64,000 nucleotides of DNA from Colwellia sp. (GTDB lineage Bacteria; Pseudomonadota; Gammaproteobacteria; Enterobacterales; Alteromonadaceae), in assembly GCA_016745015.1 (NCBI GenBank), contig JADGDH010000001.1, positions 6,602-70,601 of the forward strand. Direction: 5' to 3'. A model generated the notes under the pieces. That model was not told the origin of the DNA and searched no databases. It was given only the letters and a program-made list of their open reading frames with translations. Within the stretch, counting starts at the first letter, position 1. Each line of letters opens with the position of its first letter. The position numbers and the translations under genes are program-made. Positions 52,909-62,987 of the stretch are shown here, piece after piece.

Positions 52909-54422
52909 TATTTATTCTCTACTTTTTTGGCTCTAGGAAGCATAATCTTTACCCAAGTTCCTTTATTATTACCATCATTATTAGTATGTTGGTTAACTAT
53001 ATTTATATCGCCATTGAGTCGCATTAATAACTCTTTAACAATAGTAAGACCCAGTCCACTACCTTTAATTTGGCTATTCTCTGGGGCTGGCCCTTGATAA
53101 AAAGCATCAAAGACTTTGTCTTTTATGTTTGATGAAATACCTGGTCCATAGTCAATAATTGACAATTCTAATTGTTTTTCCTCAAAAGCACTTAAAATTT
53201 CAATAGTGCTATTATTTGGAGAATACTTAATTGCATTAGACAAAATATTGTCTAATATGACTTTTAATTGCTTAGCATTACTATGAATTAAAATATTTTC
53301 TAAGGTTTGATTAATTGTAAGGCCTTTACGCTTAATATCTAGTTTGTGATCGGCTAATACACTTTCTAATAATGGTTGTAATAATATTTTTTCACTGTCT
53401 TGTAAGCTAGTTGAGTCTAAAACAATATTAAAATCTAATAAGTCTTCAATTAAACGTTGTAACCGGTTAACGCTTGCCTTAATTATATGACAAACCTCTT
53501 TTTGTTCGTCATTTAGCTTACCAACACTGTTATCGTAGAGTAGCTCAGTTCCCTCTCTAATTGCCGCCAATGGTGTTTTTAATTCATGTGAAATATGACG
53601 AATAAAACTAGATTTTTGTAATTCCAACGCATGCAAACGTAAACGCATAATTTCAAGTGCATCAGCTATTTCTGTTATTTCTGGCGAGCCTTTTAGCACA
53701 ATTTTATTTTCAAAATCTCCCTGTTCTAAAGATTGAATTTTTTCTATCAATAATTTTAATGGCGTGGTGATTAAAAATATAAATAACCCTGCAATAATAA
53801 AAGTAGCAGGAATAATAAGTAAGCTAATAATCATAGTGTTACTTACTTGCTCTGCAGTTGTTTTTATCTGGTTTGCCTGAATGTTAATTAGATCAATACT
53901 GCGTTGATTTATACTTTGACTAACTTTAGTTAAAGAAACAAAATGAAAATGTATAACTTCTAACGAATTATCTTCAATAAATCTATTGGCAATTAATTCA
54001 TGAATTTTCGAAATAATTATAGAAAAATCGTGACTATATTGACTTAAAGCATCATCATTATAAATCGTTAATTTGCTATTAATCAATTGGAGAATTTGTA
54101 ACTCTTGTACTAAATAATCAGCTTTTAATTCTGCATCTTTTAATACTATATACTGGCTAGCAACTCGCTCTAATTTCAATTTTTTTTCATTTAGTTCACG
54201 GTTAGTTGTTGTTAATGCTGCTACTGAAAATATTGTTTTAGTAGCTTGCTTAGACATTTGGTTGACCTGTACTGCGCTGTAAATTAAAGCAACCACTAAC
54301 GGCAAGGCAACTAACGTGAATCCTAAAAGGGTTAGTTTTTTAATTGATAAGGCACTTAAAGTAAAGACACTATCAAGCGGCTTAATAGTTTTACTTTTTT
54401 TTGTAAACACTTTTGTAGACAC
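52908..54422 (-). CDS. glrK: Sensor histidine kinase GlrK/QseE
   Basis: Two TM segments, HAMP, FIRHISHELKTPLAAIREG, NAIKYS, DYGPG, GSGLGL. Confidence 0.85.
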   Translation of the reverse strand: MSTKVFTKKSKTIKPLDSVFTLSALSIKKLTLLGFTLVALPLVVALIYSAVQVNQMSKQATKTIFSVAALTTTNRELNEKKLKLERVASQYIVLKDAELKADYLVQELQILQLINSKLTIYNDDALSQYSHDFSIIISKIHELIANRFIEDNSLEVIHFHFVSLTKVSQSINQRSIDLINIQANQIKTTAEQVSNTMIISLLIIPATFIIAGLFIFLITTPLKLLIEKIQSLEQGDFENKIVLKGSPEITEIADALEIMRLRLHALELQKSSFIRHISHELKTPLAAIREGTELLYDNSVGKLNDEQKEVCHIIKASVNRLQRLIEDLLDFNIVLDSTSLQDSEKILLQPLLESVLADHKLDIKRKGLTINQTLENILIHSNAKQLKVILDNILSNAIKYSPNNSTIEILSAFEEKQLELSIIDYGPGISSNIKDKVFDAFYQGPAPENSQIKGSGLGLTIVKELLMRLNGDINIVNQHTNNDGNNKGTWVKIMLPRAKKVENK

Positions 54423-54505
54423 TATAGGGCTCTATCTTAGTAAATTTATTATTTGTAAATAGCAAGCTACACCTTTTTAAGCGATATTTGTTCAAAACAC
54501 AACGC

Positions 54506-54644
54506 CGTCGTCAAATAGAGACAGTAGGTGATTTTAACAGTTTTTTATCTTACCTGCTGATTTTTCATTACTTTCTTTGTTTGTTCTTTAAAATATTTGC
54601 AATAAAATTATTTATAAAAAAACAACTGTCTCTAATTAGCAACA
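54506..54644 (+). promoter_or_regulatory. Two GlrR-like upstream activator boxes
   Basis: CGTC-N10-GACA (54506-54523) and TGTC-N10-AACA (54627-54644), each one mismatch from TGTC-N10-GACA. Confidence 0.55.
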
Positions 54645-54688
54645 AGCTTTAAAGACAAAACCAAACAAAAAAACAATAAAACCATTTA

Positions 54689-54701
54689 AATCAATAGATT
54701 A
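54689..54701 (+). promoter_or_regulatory. IHF site
   Basis: AATCAATAGATTA fits WATCAANNNNTTR and lies between the activator boxes and the -24 element. Confidence 0.6.
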
Positions 54702-54707
54702 ACACAA

Positions 54708-54724
54708 TGGCACACCTTATGCTT
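54708..54724 (+). promoter_or_regulatory. sigma54 -24/-12 promoter
   Basis: TGGCAC-ACCT-TATGCT, with GG and GC separated by exactly 10 nt. Confidence 0.7.
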
Positions 54725-54791
54725 TGTTACGTTTGAATTAAAACATTGCGTAATTGTTACGCATTACAACTAACTTCTTAAGGAATTTAAA

Positions 54792-55085
54792 ATGAAAGGT
54801 ATAAGTTTGATTAAAGTAACATTGGCTATTTTTGCAACAACATTATTATCATTAACTGTTAGTGCGGAAGAAGAGCTGCAAGTAAAACAAATAGCAATTG
54901 ACTCATCAGCAACGCAACAAGTACAATTTAGCCAATTAGATTTAGATAAAAATGGTTTACTTAACGAAGCAGAAGTGGCAGCAGACAAACTACTTCATAA
55001 TGCTTTTGCTAAGGTTGATACAAATGGCGATGCTACCATTAACAAAGACGAATATACCGCTTTTATTGAAAACATTAATAAATAA
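54792..55085 (+). CDS. Exported EF-hand calcium-binding protein
   Basis: AGGA RBS, signal peptide ending TVSA, two EF loops DLDKNGLLNEAE and DTNGDATINKDE. Confidence 0.88.
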   Translation: MKGISLIKVTLAIFATTLLSLTVSAEEELQVKQIAIDSSATQQVQFSQLDLDKNGLLNEAEVAADKLLHNAFAKVDTNGDATINKDEYTAFIENINK

Positions 55086-55119
55086 TAATTGATTTTCTAT
55101 TAATTAATTTTCGCAGCTT

Positions 55120-55155
55120 TCCGGCTGTTCCCAACTATATCAGCCGGTTTTTTTT
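55120..55155 (+). terminator. Intrinsic terminator after the EF-hand gene
   Basis: CCGGCTG...CAGCCGG followed by T8. Confidence 0.75.
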
Positions 55156-55166
55156 AAGGTACTATA

Positions 55167-55499
55167 ATGACAGATACAACGTCACGTTTTATACAATTAG
55201 ATAACTGGATATTTGAAGTCAAATCGGTTCGTGCGATCAGAGTTGATAACTATGGAGAACCTTATAGTGCTATTGCTAATTTTAGCTTTAATGGTAACAA
55301 CGTCTACATTGATGGCTTGATGACCCGTGAAGATGAAGACTTCAGTAAAAAAGACTATCAAATATTTTATCGAATGTGCCAAAAACTAGGTATTAAGCAG
55401 GCTCAATTTGATCGTTTAAAAGGCAACGAATTTAAGTTGGATACTGTTGATATTGCACCAATTAAAAAAGAAACAGCTCCATTAAAACTAGTTCGTTAA
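55167..55499 (+). CDS. Hypothetical protein (110 aa)
   Basis: Clean ORF with AAGG RBS and globular-protein composition; no domain recognised. Confidence 0.7.
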   Translation: MTDTTSRFIQLDNWIFEVKSVRAIRVDNYGEPYSAIANFSFNGNNVYIDGLMTREDEDFSKKDYQIFYRMCQKLGIKQAQFDRLKGNEFKLDTVDIAPIKKETAPLKLVR

Positions 55500-55911
55500 G
55501 AATAATGAAGTATAAAATTATCGACCTCTAGTTAGTCGCCTTACATATTAAACATAATCCGACAAAGGGGTAATAAATATCCCCTACAATGAATAGATCT
55601 TATATTTTCCTAGGCACACAATCAAATCAATTAACAAGCTTGCACAAGGCTTCTCGTTTAAGCTCAAATTAGCTTAGATAAGAGAGGTATATTGTGAGCT
55701 AAATTTAGACTAGCATCTATTCCATCAACTTCATGAGCTAAAACCTAACCTACAATGTGCCACAAGCAACGAGAAATCCCCCAGTCTCAGAGTAAAACTC
55801 CATAAATAAAAACAACAGAAACACATTGAAATATTACTTATTATTGGCATTAATATATCATTTTGATAACAGAATGGGCTTATTTGTTTGGAAAGAAGAA
55901 CGTAAAAAAAT

Positions 55912-55935
55912 AAAAAGCACCCGCAGGTGCTTTTT
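55912..55935 (-). terminator. Bidirectional terminator after acs
   Basis: AAAAAGCACC-cgca-GGTGCTTTTT. Confidence 0.85.
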
Positions 55936-55979
55936 ATTATGCTTTACTTTAATAGTAACTCACTACTAACTTTTAACAT

Positions 55980-57926
55980 TTAGCTACTGTGAACTATACG
56001 TTTAGCAATTAAGTCCTCTACGACACTAGGGTCGGCCAGTGTTGAAGTGTCACCTAAACTGTCCACCTCGTTTTCAGCAATTTTACGTAAAATACGACGC
56101 ATAATTTTACCTGAACGCGTTTTAGGTAAACCTGGAGCCCACTGCAGGTAATCAGGCTTAGCAAAACGACCTAATTCTTTCGCAACAAATTCTTTCAACT
56201 CTGTGTTTAGCTCATCAGACTCTTCTGCGTTCGCCATCAAGGTTACATAACAATATACACCCTGCCCTTTAATTTCATGTGGGTAACCCACAACAGCAGC
56301 TTCAGCAACCGCAGGATGAAGTACCAAAGCACTTTCAATTTCAGCAGTACCTAAGCGATGACCTGATACATTTAATACATCATCAACACGACCAGTGATC
56401 CAATAAAAACCATCTTCATCACGCTTAGCACCATCACCTGTGAAGTAATTGCCTGGATATTGGCTTAAATAGGTTTGATAGAAACGATTATGGTCACCAT
56501 ATACAGTACGTAATTGTCCTGGCCAGCTAGCGGTCATCACTAATAAACCTTGATTTTCACCCTCTAACGTATTGCCATCTTTATCAAATAATGCGGGTTG
56601 TACACCAAAGAATGGCTTACCTGCACAGCCAGGTTTCATATCAACCGAACCTGGTAATGAAGTAATCATGATACCACCGGTTTCTGTTTGCCACCACGTA
56701 TCTACAATTGGGCATTTGCTTTTGCCCACAACTTCATAATACCAATGCCATGCCTCAGGATTAATGGGTTCACCTACTGTACCGAGTAAACGTAGTGAAG
56801 AAAGATCGGCCTTATCAACCAATTCATTACCAAGACTCATTAAAGCACGAATCGCAGTTGGTGCTGTGTAAAACACATTAACTTTATGTTTTTCACATAC
56901 TTGCCAAAAACGACCAGCATCAGGGTATGTAGGTACACCTTCAAATACTAATGTTGTGGCGCCATTAGCTAATGGGCCGTAAAAGATATAAGAATGACCA
57001 GTGATCCAACCTGCATCAGCAGTACACCAGTATATTTCATCTTCTTTATAATCGAATACATATTTATGAGTCATGGCAGCATATACAATATATCCCCCAC
57101 AAGTATGAACAACACCTTTTGGTGTACCTGTTGAACCAGATGTATATAAAATAAACAATGGATCTTCAGCATCCATAACTTCAGGTTCGCAAATAGCAGG
57201 TAAGTTAGCGACTGCATCAGCATAATTAATATCTACTTTCTCATTCCAAGCTACATCACCACCTGTACGAGTAACAACAATAACTGAATGCACATTAGGA
57301 CAATCAACTACAGCAGCATCAACATTCGATTTAAGCGGAATACACTTACCACCACGAAGAGATTGGTCGGCCGTAATAATCACCTTACAATCAGCATCAA
57401 GTACACGCGCTTTAATTGATTCAGTAGAAAATCCGCCGAATATAACCGAATGAATGGCACCAATACGGGCACACGCTAACATGGCATAACCCACTTCAGG
57501 TATCATCGGCATGTAAATACAAACACGATCGCCCTTTTTAACGCCACGTTCTTTTAATAAGTTAGCAAAACGACACACATGATCATGTAACTCTTGATAT
57601 GTAACTTTTAAATCATCCGAAGGATCATCGCCTTCAAAAATAATAGCGGTACTGTTTGCTTTAGTCGCTAAATGGCGATCAATACAGTTATAACTTACGT
57701 TTAATTTAGCACCTGAAAACCAGTTTATTTCAGAATTTTTTAAATCAACTGTACTAACACTATCCCATGGTTGATACCAGTCAATAAATTCTTTCGCCTG
57801 TTCACCCCAAAAAACATCAGGTTGCTCTATTGATTGCTTATACATAGCGTCGTAGGCTGCACTATCAATATAAGTATGCGCCTTAGCTTTGTCTGAGACA
57901 GGATAACAAGGTTTTAATTCATTCAT
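55980..57926 (-). CDS. acs: Acetyl-CoA synthetase
   Basis: [33 protein letters not shown]. Confidence 0.97.
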   Translation of the reverse strand: MNELKPCYPVSDKAKAHTYIDSAAYDAMYKQSIEQPDVFWGEQAKEFIDWYQPWDSVSTVDLKNSEINWFSGAKLNVSYNCIDRHLATKANSTAIIFEGDDPSDDLKVTYQELHDHVCRFANLLKERGVKKGDRVCIYMPMIPEVGYAMLACARIGAIHSVIFGGFSTESIKARVLDADCKVIITADQSLRGGKCIPLKSNVDAAVVDCPNVHSVIVVTRTGGDVAWNEKVDINYADAVANLPAICEPEVMDAEDPLFILYTSGSTGTPKGVVHTCGGYIVYAAMTHKYVFDYKEDEIYWCTADAGWITGHSYIFYGPLANGATTLVFEGVPTYPDAGRFWQVCEKHKVNVFYTAPTAIRALMSLGNELVDKADLSSLRLLGTVGEPINPEAWHWYYEVVGKSKCPIVDTWWQTETGGIMITSLPGSVDMKPGCAGKPFFGVQPALFDKDGNTLEGENQGLLVMTASWPGQLRTVYGDHNRFYQTYLSQYPGNYFTGDGAKRDEDGFYWITGRVDDVLNVSGHRLGTAEIESALVLHPAVAEAAVVGYPHEIKGQGVYCYVTLMANAEESDELNTELKEFVAKELGRFAKPDYLQWAPGLPKTRSGKIMRRILRKIAENEVDSLGDTSTLADPSVVEDLIAKRIVHSS

Positions 57927-58303
57927 TAGATATTCCTTCAGGGTTATACACCTAGTGTAATAGTTTAACTAAATTTGATTAACTTAATGCTAATTTTTTT
58001 ATACCTATTTTTATATACGCCTTTAGTCTTGTTTTACTATAAGTGTTTAGTACTAATCTTAACAACTTTAGTATCAAAAATTTTATAACCTGTAGTTAAT
58101 AATGATTTATTATAAGCTACACCGCTTTCTACAAGCTTTTACCCTAAAATGGAAAACCAACTGCAATGGTTTCTTCATGTAAACTCATATAACCTTTGTG
58201 AATAATAAGTATATACTCAAACTACTTAAAACTGCATCTTCAAATAGTTTGGGTATAAATTCTGGCAGAAAAATATACGTTCAGACCAACTATTACGAAC
58301 CAA

Positions 58304-59356
58304 TTAATACGCACTAATATCTGATAAGTTAATAAGATGTTGAGTAAAAACATTTCCTTCAACATTTTTTAATCGCAGAGTAATAGTTGGATCATTAAGT
58401 TGCCAGTTTATTAATAATTCACCATAGTTCACCTTACTAGTAAAATCACCAACACGGTGTTTATTGGGGCTAACGTTTTTCCATTCTTGCGTTAAGCCTG
58501 AGCTGGTGACTTCCCAAAGCGGGTAGCCTACTTCAGAGGATACTTTCGAGACCTCTCCCCAATGTGTATCACCACTGATGATCAGTACACCATTTACTTT
58601 ATGCTTTTTAATCAGCGTAAATAATCGTTTTCGATCCTCAGGAAAATTCGCCCATGACTCCCATCCCGTAAATTCAGGTAACATCTGTAAACTTGAGGCT
58701 ATTATCTTTATCGCCGAAGGTTTTTGTAATTCACTTTCTAACCACAGCCATTGTTCTTCCCCTAGCATTGAAGCATTTTCAACTATGCTAGGTGAATAAG
58801 GCCCCATCTTTTTAGGTTTACGCTTAAGCGCATAGTCAAGCTTAGAAACATGATTTAAAGTATCTCTATTCCAACGTAAGTCAGGTAAAATAACCTGTAC
58901 TTTCTGTGCCCCTTCACCATACATATACGAGGTGTAAATGCCTGTTTTACGAGTGTAGCGAACTGAACCTTTAGGTTCTTGCCAAAAATCTAGCATTAAC
59001 TTTCTAGAAGCTTCTTTCTCAAGATATTCTGCACCCGCATCATTTTCACCGTAATCATGATCATCCCAAATGGCGATGGTGTCAGTATTTTTACGCAATG
59101 TTTTAATGCCTGATATATTTCCTAAGCGTTCATACTTATCAGCAAGTTCTTGCATGTTTTCAGTATCGCCATAAACGTTATCACCTAAAAAAATAAATAA
59201 ATCAGCATTTTCTTTATTAATAGCTTCTAGAATTGGCATACTTTTATCTTGATGACTACAAGAGCCAAAAAGTATTTTCTCTACTTTTGCTTGTGCTGAA
59301 AGCATCCCAAAAGTGAAGCTAGAAACAAGTAACACAACCAAAATTGAATTTCTCAC
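58304..59356 (-). CDS. PhoD-like alkaline phosphatase/phosphodiesterase
   Basis: FGSC, FLGDNVYGD, WDDHDYGEND, MLGEEQWLWL, SGDTH. GTG start overlaps the upstream stop (TAGTG) and has a GAGGAGG RBS. Confidence 0.88.
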   Translation of the reverse strand: MRNSILVVLLVSSFTFGMLSAQAKVEKILFGSCSHQDKSMPILEAINKENADLFIFLGDNVYGDTENMQELADKYERLGNISGIKTLRKNTDTIAIWDDHDYGENDAGAEYLEKEASRKLMLDFWQEPKGSVRYTRKTGIYTSYMYGEGAQKVQVILPDLRWNRDTLNHVSKLDYALKRKPKKMGPYSPSIVENASMLGEEQWLWLESELQKPSAIKIIASSLQMLPEFTGWESWANFPEDRKRLFTLIKKHKVNGVLIISGDTHWGEVSKVSSEVGYPLWEVTSSGLTQEWKNVSPNKHRVGDFTSKVNYGELLINWQLNDPTITLRLKNVEGNVFTQHLINLSDISAY

Positions 59357-60507
59357 TAGAAAACCTCCTCAATTATTTTCCCTATTTTGGGATTAAAGGC
59401 TTGAGGATCTTTACCTAATAACGTTAAAGCTGTTGCAGCAATTTGGTTTTGCTTAACTTCGCCGTGTGTGGCTACTTGTCCTTTTGCCTCTATACCTGCT
59501 CCCATCGCTGCAAACCAAATATTTTCAGAGCCTATAATACCGTTAGGAAAAGTATCTAAATTTTTCATGTACTCTTTCACAGCATCTTCAGAGGCATGAT
59601 GCTGCCAGTCATTAGCATTACTGCCGCGACCATGATCCGTAGTGATTAATAACACCGTATTGTTTTTATATTCAGGTGTTGTTTGAATAGTATTCCATAA
59701 ATCTTCAATAAATTTATCGGTTTGATGAGCCGAACTTAAATAACTGTCGTAATGGCCGTCATGGGCAAAATCATCGGTCTCTCCAAATGAAATAGTCATC
59801 ACTCTTGGCTTTTGGCTTAATAGATAATCTTTAGCAAAGCGATAAGTAAAGCTATCTAATCTGACATTATGCCAAGGGCTAGGGATTTCTTTTTGCATAG
59901 CATTAAGTAACTTCATTTCATTAGATAAAGGGTAACCTTGAGCGGGCATAAATCCAGCATTAACATGCATTTTATTACGCTCGACATTAAAAATAGCAGG
60001 AAAAACATCCCAGCTACCAAAAGCCGCAAGCTTATGGTCAAATGACGCTTGAGTATTTAACCATTCAATGAATGAAATATGCGGGTTAGGTACTTTTTCA
60101 TTACTGTTCAGTTTTGGGTCAGCAATACCCGTAAATATTTCGCTGTAACCCGGATATGAAAAGTGCCAGTTATTGGATACAGACATAGTTGACCCCAGTT
60201 TTCTATTACCGATGACAACCCCTTTTTTAGCGACAGTATTCCAAAAAAATGGCATTAAAAGCTGACGACGCTTTTCTTCATTGTCATGCCAAAAGTGCTC
60301 TTTAGTGTGGCTTGATTTTCGTACAAACTTGTCATTATTAAGCAAGTTAACATCAGCACCGCCAAATAGTTCTTGCCAGCGTAAACCGTCGATGGTGACT
60401 AATACTAAGTTCTTAGCATTGCTTGTTTTTGAGTTTGGTGCGGTGTTGGTTTCAGCTAAGGTAGCAGCGCTGATGAATAGTAAGGCGATAAATAAATATT
60501 TAGACAT
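59356..60507 (-). CDS. Exported alkaline-phosphatase-superfamily hydrolase
   Basis: Signal peptide; LVTIDGLRW, FSYPGYSEIFTG (putative Ser nucleophile), ETDDFAH, TTDHGRG metal ligands. Confidence 0.82.
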   Translation of the reverse strand: MSKYLFIALLFISAATLAETNTAPNSKTSNAKNLVLVTIDGLRWQELFGGADVNLLNNDKFVRKSSHTKEHFWHDNEEKRRQLLMPFFWNTVAKKGVVIGNRKLGSTMSVSNNWHFSYPGYSEIFTGIADPKLNSNEKVPNPHISFIEWLNTQASFDHKLAAFGSWDVFPAIFNVERNKMHVNAGFMPAQGYPLSNEMKLLNAMQKEIPSPWHNVRLDSFTYRFAKDYLLSQKPRVMTISFGETDDFAHDGHYDSYLSSAHQTDKFIEDLWNTIQTTPEYKNNTVLLITTDHGRGSNANDWQHHASEDAVKEYMKNLDTFPNGIIGSENIWFAAMGAGIEAKGQVATHGEVKQNQIAATALTLLGKDPQAFNPKIGKIIEEVF

Positions 60508-60542
60508 TTTGTTAGCCAGTTTATAAAGTGTTTAAAATAGAA

Positions 60543-60573
60543 ATAACCAAGCAAATATTATTTACTTGGTTAT
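60543..60573 (-). terminator. Intercistronic 14-bp hairpin after the TBDR (partial terminator or mRNA stabiliser)
   Basis: Minus strand ATAACCAAGTAAAT...ATTTGCTTGGTTAT followed by TTCTATTTT. Confidence 0.6.
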
Positions 60574-60613
60574 CATTAGGTATGCTTTTTATTTGCTACA
60601 GTTACAATTACAA

Positions 60614-62902
60614 TTAGAAATTAACGGTAAATGTCATTGATGCAGTACGCGGTGCGCCAATGAAGAATGTAGTGCCATTACCCGTACCCGTAGATAAATA
60701 ATTTTCGTCTGTTAAGTTGTTAACAACAAAGGCTAAATCAAATGATTTGAACACGTTGCTGTCAATGACTGCAGAATAACCAGCGTTAAAATCAAGAATA
60801 GTATATGAATCAGCATCTCCACGCTCGCCAGTGTATTTGGCTGAAAGTCCAGCGTGGAAACTTTCAAGCGTATAGTTGGTAGACAATACAAACATATCAT
60901 CAACAGAATCAATTACTTTATCCCCGGCTTCAAAGCCAGGTGCATTACCCACATAGGTTGAGTCATTGTTAGTGTATGAAGAGTAAATATCCCAATTATC
61001 GTTAAAGCGATAGCTAGCACTTAATTCAAAACCATCTGACTCGATACCACCTACATTCAAGTAAGTACCATTGGTGCCTATAGTGTAATCAATACCTGAA
61101 GTATCACTACCTGGAGCAATAAAGGTGATGCGATTATCAAATGAAATAGTGTAATAAGTCGCAGAAAAATTTATCTTTTCGTTGCTATAACGGATACCTA
61201 AATCAATGTTTTCAGCGGTTTCGGGCTCTATGTCACTCAGTGCTGATGCATCTCGCTCTAACACACCATCTTTAATAGCTGAGAAATTTTCACTGTAACC
61301 TGCAAAGACTTCAACATTTTCATTTACTTGATAAATAACACCTGTACTTAATAAAACATCTGAATCACTATTGACTTTACCCGTAACCGCTTTAGCAAAG
61401 TTGTCATATTTTTCTATATCAACAAAATATTTTTGCACACCAACATTGACACTAAGGGCTCCAAAATCAAGCGTGTCTTGAGCATATAGTTTTAACGTAT
61501 CTGTTTGGAAATTGTTGCTATATTGTGTCCAGTAAGGCGTTGAATCAAAATGATGGTACACGCGGGCATCAACTACTTTGTGCCAAGTACGTGATTCATC
61601 GCGGTCAGCAGATTCAGCCCATAAGCCAAACGCAATATCGTTAATACCAATTGACCAATCAAAGTTAGCCGTTACGCCTACACGTTCTTTTTCATAATTC
61701 GTATGACGATATGACATAACTGGAATAGCACTCTGGTCGTAACAAGAAGGGGCTAACCCAGGACCTGAATTCCAAGGCCAAGATAAATTGTCAGTACAGC
61801 CGTCCGCAGGTGCTAATGGGTTACCTAATTGATCCGTAAATCCATAAGAACCTGTAATGGTTCCACCTTCAGTAGTTGGGTTACCTTGCTCGTCAACTGC
61901 CGCTACTAAATAGGGTGGAATCCAGTCACCACGGCCTTCATTTTTATGCATATAAGGCGTTATTTGAAAGTGCATGTTTGATGAAATATCGTATTCAAAC
62001 TTCACATAACCTAAGGTGTTTTCACGTAATGTTGACCAACCTTCAGCAAACATTTGATCAAAGTGAGGAACACCAGTCCAATTCCATGTTAATTGATCCC
62101 AATCTGGGGTTTGTTCAAACTGCTCTTTGCTGACTGAGTTGTAGTTATCTTCATCGGCATCATCATAAGATAGACGGCCCGTAATACTTAAGCTTCCTAA
62201 CTCGGTAATAAATTTAAGCTCTGCATGCTCTCTAGTCATTCCACCGTTAGAGCCTTCACCAACCCAACGGCTTGTTGATGTTGATGAGTAGCTAGCATAG
62301 GCATAGGTATTACCAAATAATTTTCCTGTGTCATGGCGAACAAAATACCGTGCAGCATCATGATCACCAGTAGTAAAAGCAAACTTAGTCGCTTTTTCAA
62401 ATGCAGGCATAGCACTAACAAAATTAAAGGTACCGCCAAGCGCTTCTAACGAGGCCGAAGAAATATCAGAAGTGCCCTGTGAAACCTGAATAGTCTCTAG
62501 ATTCTCAGCATCAATATAACGATTTGCCTTAGCGCCACCACCGTAGTTAGAGCCGCCGTTAGGAATTCCGTCAATTGTCATACCTAATTGCTGTTGGTTA
62601 CCATCAATAGTAAAGCCACGCATAGTAATAGAAGTAGACCAGTCATCACCACCAAAGGCATCGCCCTCATTGATACTGATACCAGGTAAGTTGTCCATTA
62701 ACGCTAATACACTAGAGATAGTGGAGTGTTGTTGTGTCATTTGCACATCAATTTCATGATTAGCATGCGATAATTTTTTGGCAACCACAGAAACTTCTTC
62801 CATGGCACTTTCTTCATTAACCACTTCTTCTGCGACAGCATTAAATGCAAATGCTGACGATATAGCTAAAGCAATTAAACTTTTTTTACGTGATTTATAC
62901 AT
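60614..62902 (-). CDS. TonB-dependent receptor (no STN domain)
   Basis: Signal peptide ending AVA, TonB box EEVSVVAK, plug (SITMRGF, MTIDGIP), C-terminal GAPRTASMTFTVNF. Confidence 0.92.
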   Translation of the reverse strand: MYKSRKKSLIALAISSAFAFNAVAEEVVNEESAMEEVSVVAKKLSHANHEIDVQMTQQHSTISSVLALMDNLPGISINEGDAFGGDDWSTSITMRGFTIDGNQQQLGMTIDGIPNGGSNYGGGAKANRYIDAENLETIQVSQGTSDISSASLEALGGTFNFVSAMPAFEKATKFAFTTGDHDAARYFVRHDTGKLFGNTYAYASYSSTSTSRWVGEGSNGGMTREHAELKFITELGSLSITGRLSYDDADEDNYNSVSKEQFEQTPDWDQLTWNWTGVPHFDQMFAEGWSTLRENTLGYVKFEYDISSNMHFQITPYMHKNEGRGDWIPPYLVAAVDEQGNPTTEGGTITGSYGFTDQLGNPLAPADGCTDNLSWPWNSGPGLAPSCYDQSAIPVMSYRHTNYEKERVGVTANFDWSIGINDIAFGLWAESADRDESRTWHKVVDARVYHHFDSTPYWTQYSNNFQTDTLKLYAQDTLDFGALSVNVGVQKYFVDIEKYDNFAKAVTGKVNSDSDVLLSTGVIYQVNENVEVFAGYSENFSAIKDGVLERDASALSDIEPETAENIDLGIRYSNEKINFSATYYTISFDNRITFIAPGSDTSGIDYTIGTNGTYLNVGGIESDGFELSASYRFNDNWDIYSSYTNNDSTYVGNAPGFEAGDKVIDSVDDMFVLSTNYTLESFHAGLSAKYTGERGDADSYTILDFNAGYSAVIDSNVFKSFDLAFVVNNLTDENYLSTGTGNGTTFFIGAPRTASMTFTVNF

Positions 62903-62944
62903 AGTTATCCCTTAAGAGAATTTTGAGTATTTATAATACGAAGA

Positions 62945-62987
62945 AGTATGCTTTTAAAATGTGACAAAACAATGACCTTTACATTAA
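62945..62987 (-). promoter_or_regulatory. Pho box (PhoB site) with -10 element
   Basis: Minus strand TTAAT-6-GTCAT-6-GTCAC (11-bp period), then 10 nt, then CATACT. Confidence 0.65.

Noticed and set aside
55500-55810. CsrB-like sRNA on the minus strand (GGA motifs)
   Set aside because: Only about six GGA motifs in 300 nt, not arranged in repeated hairpin loops
57927-58303. CRP or CrbR sites upstream of acs
   Set aside because: No adequate match to TGTGA-N6-TCACA or TAGAC-N4-GTCTA found by eye
1249-62439. Many short ORF-track entries nested in or antisense to core genes (for example 1249-1551, 24136-24603, 37542-37919, 49852-50205)
   Set aside because: Fully overlapped by well-supported genes, with no RBS or domain evidence
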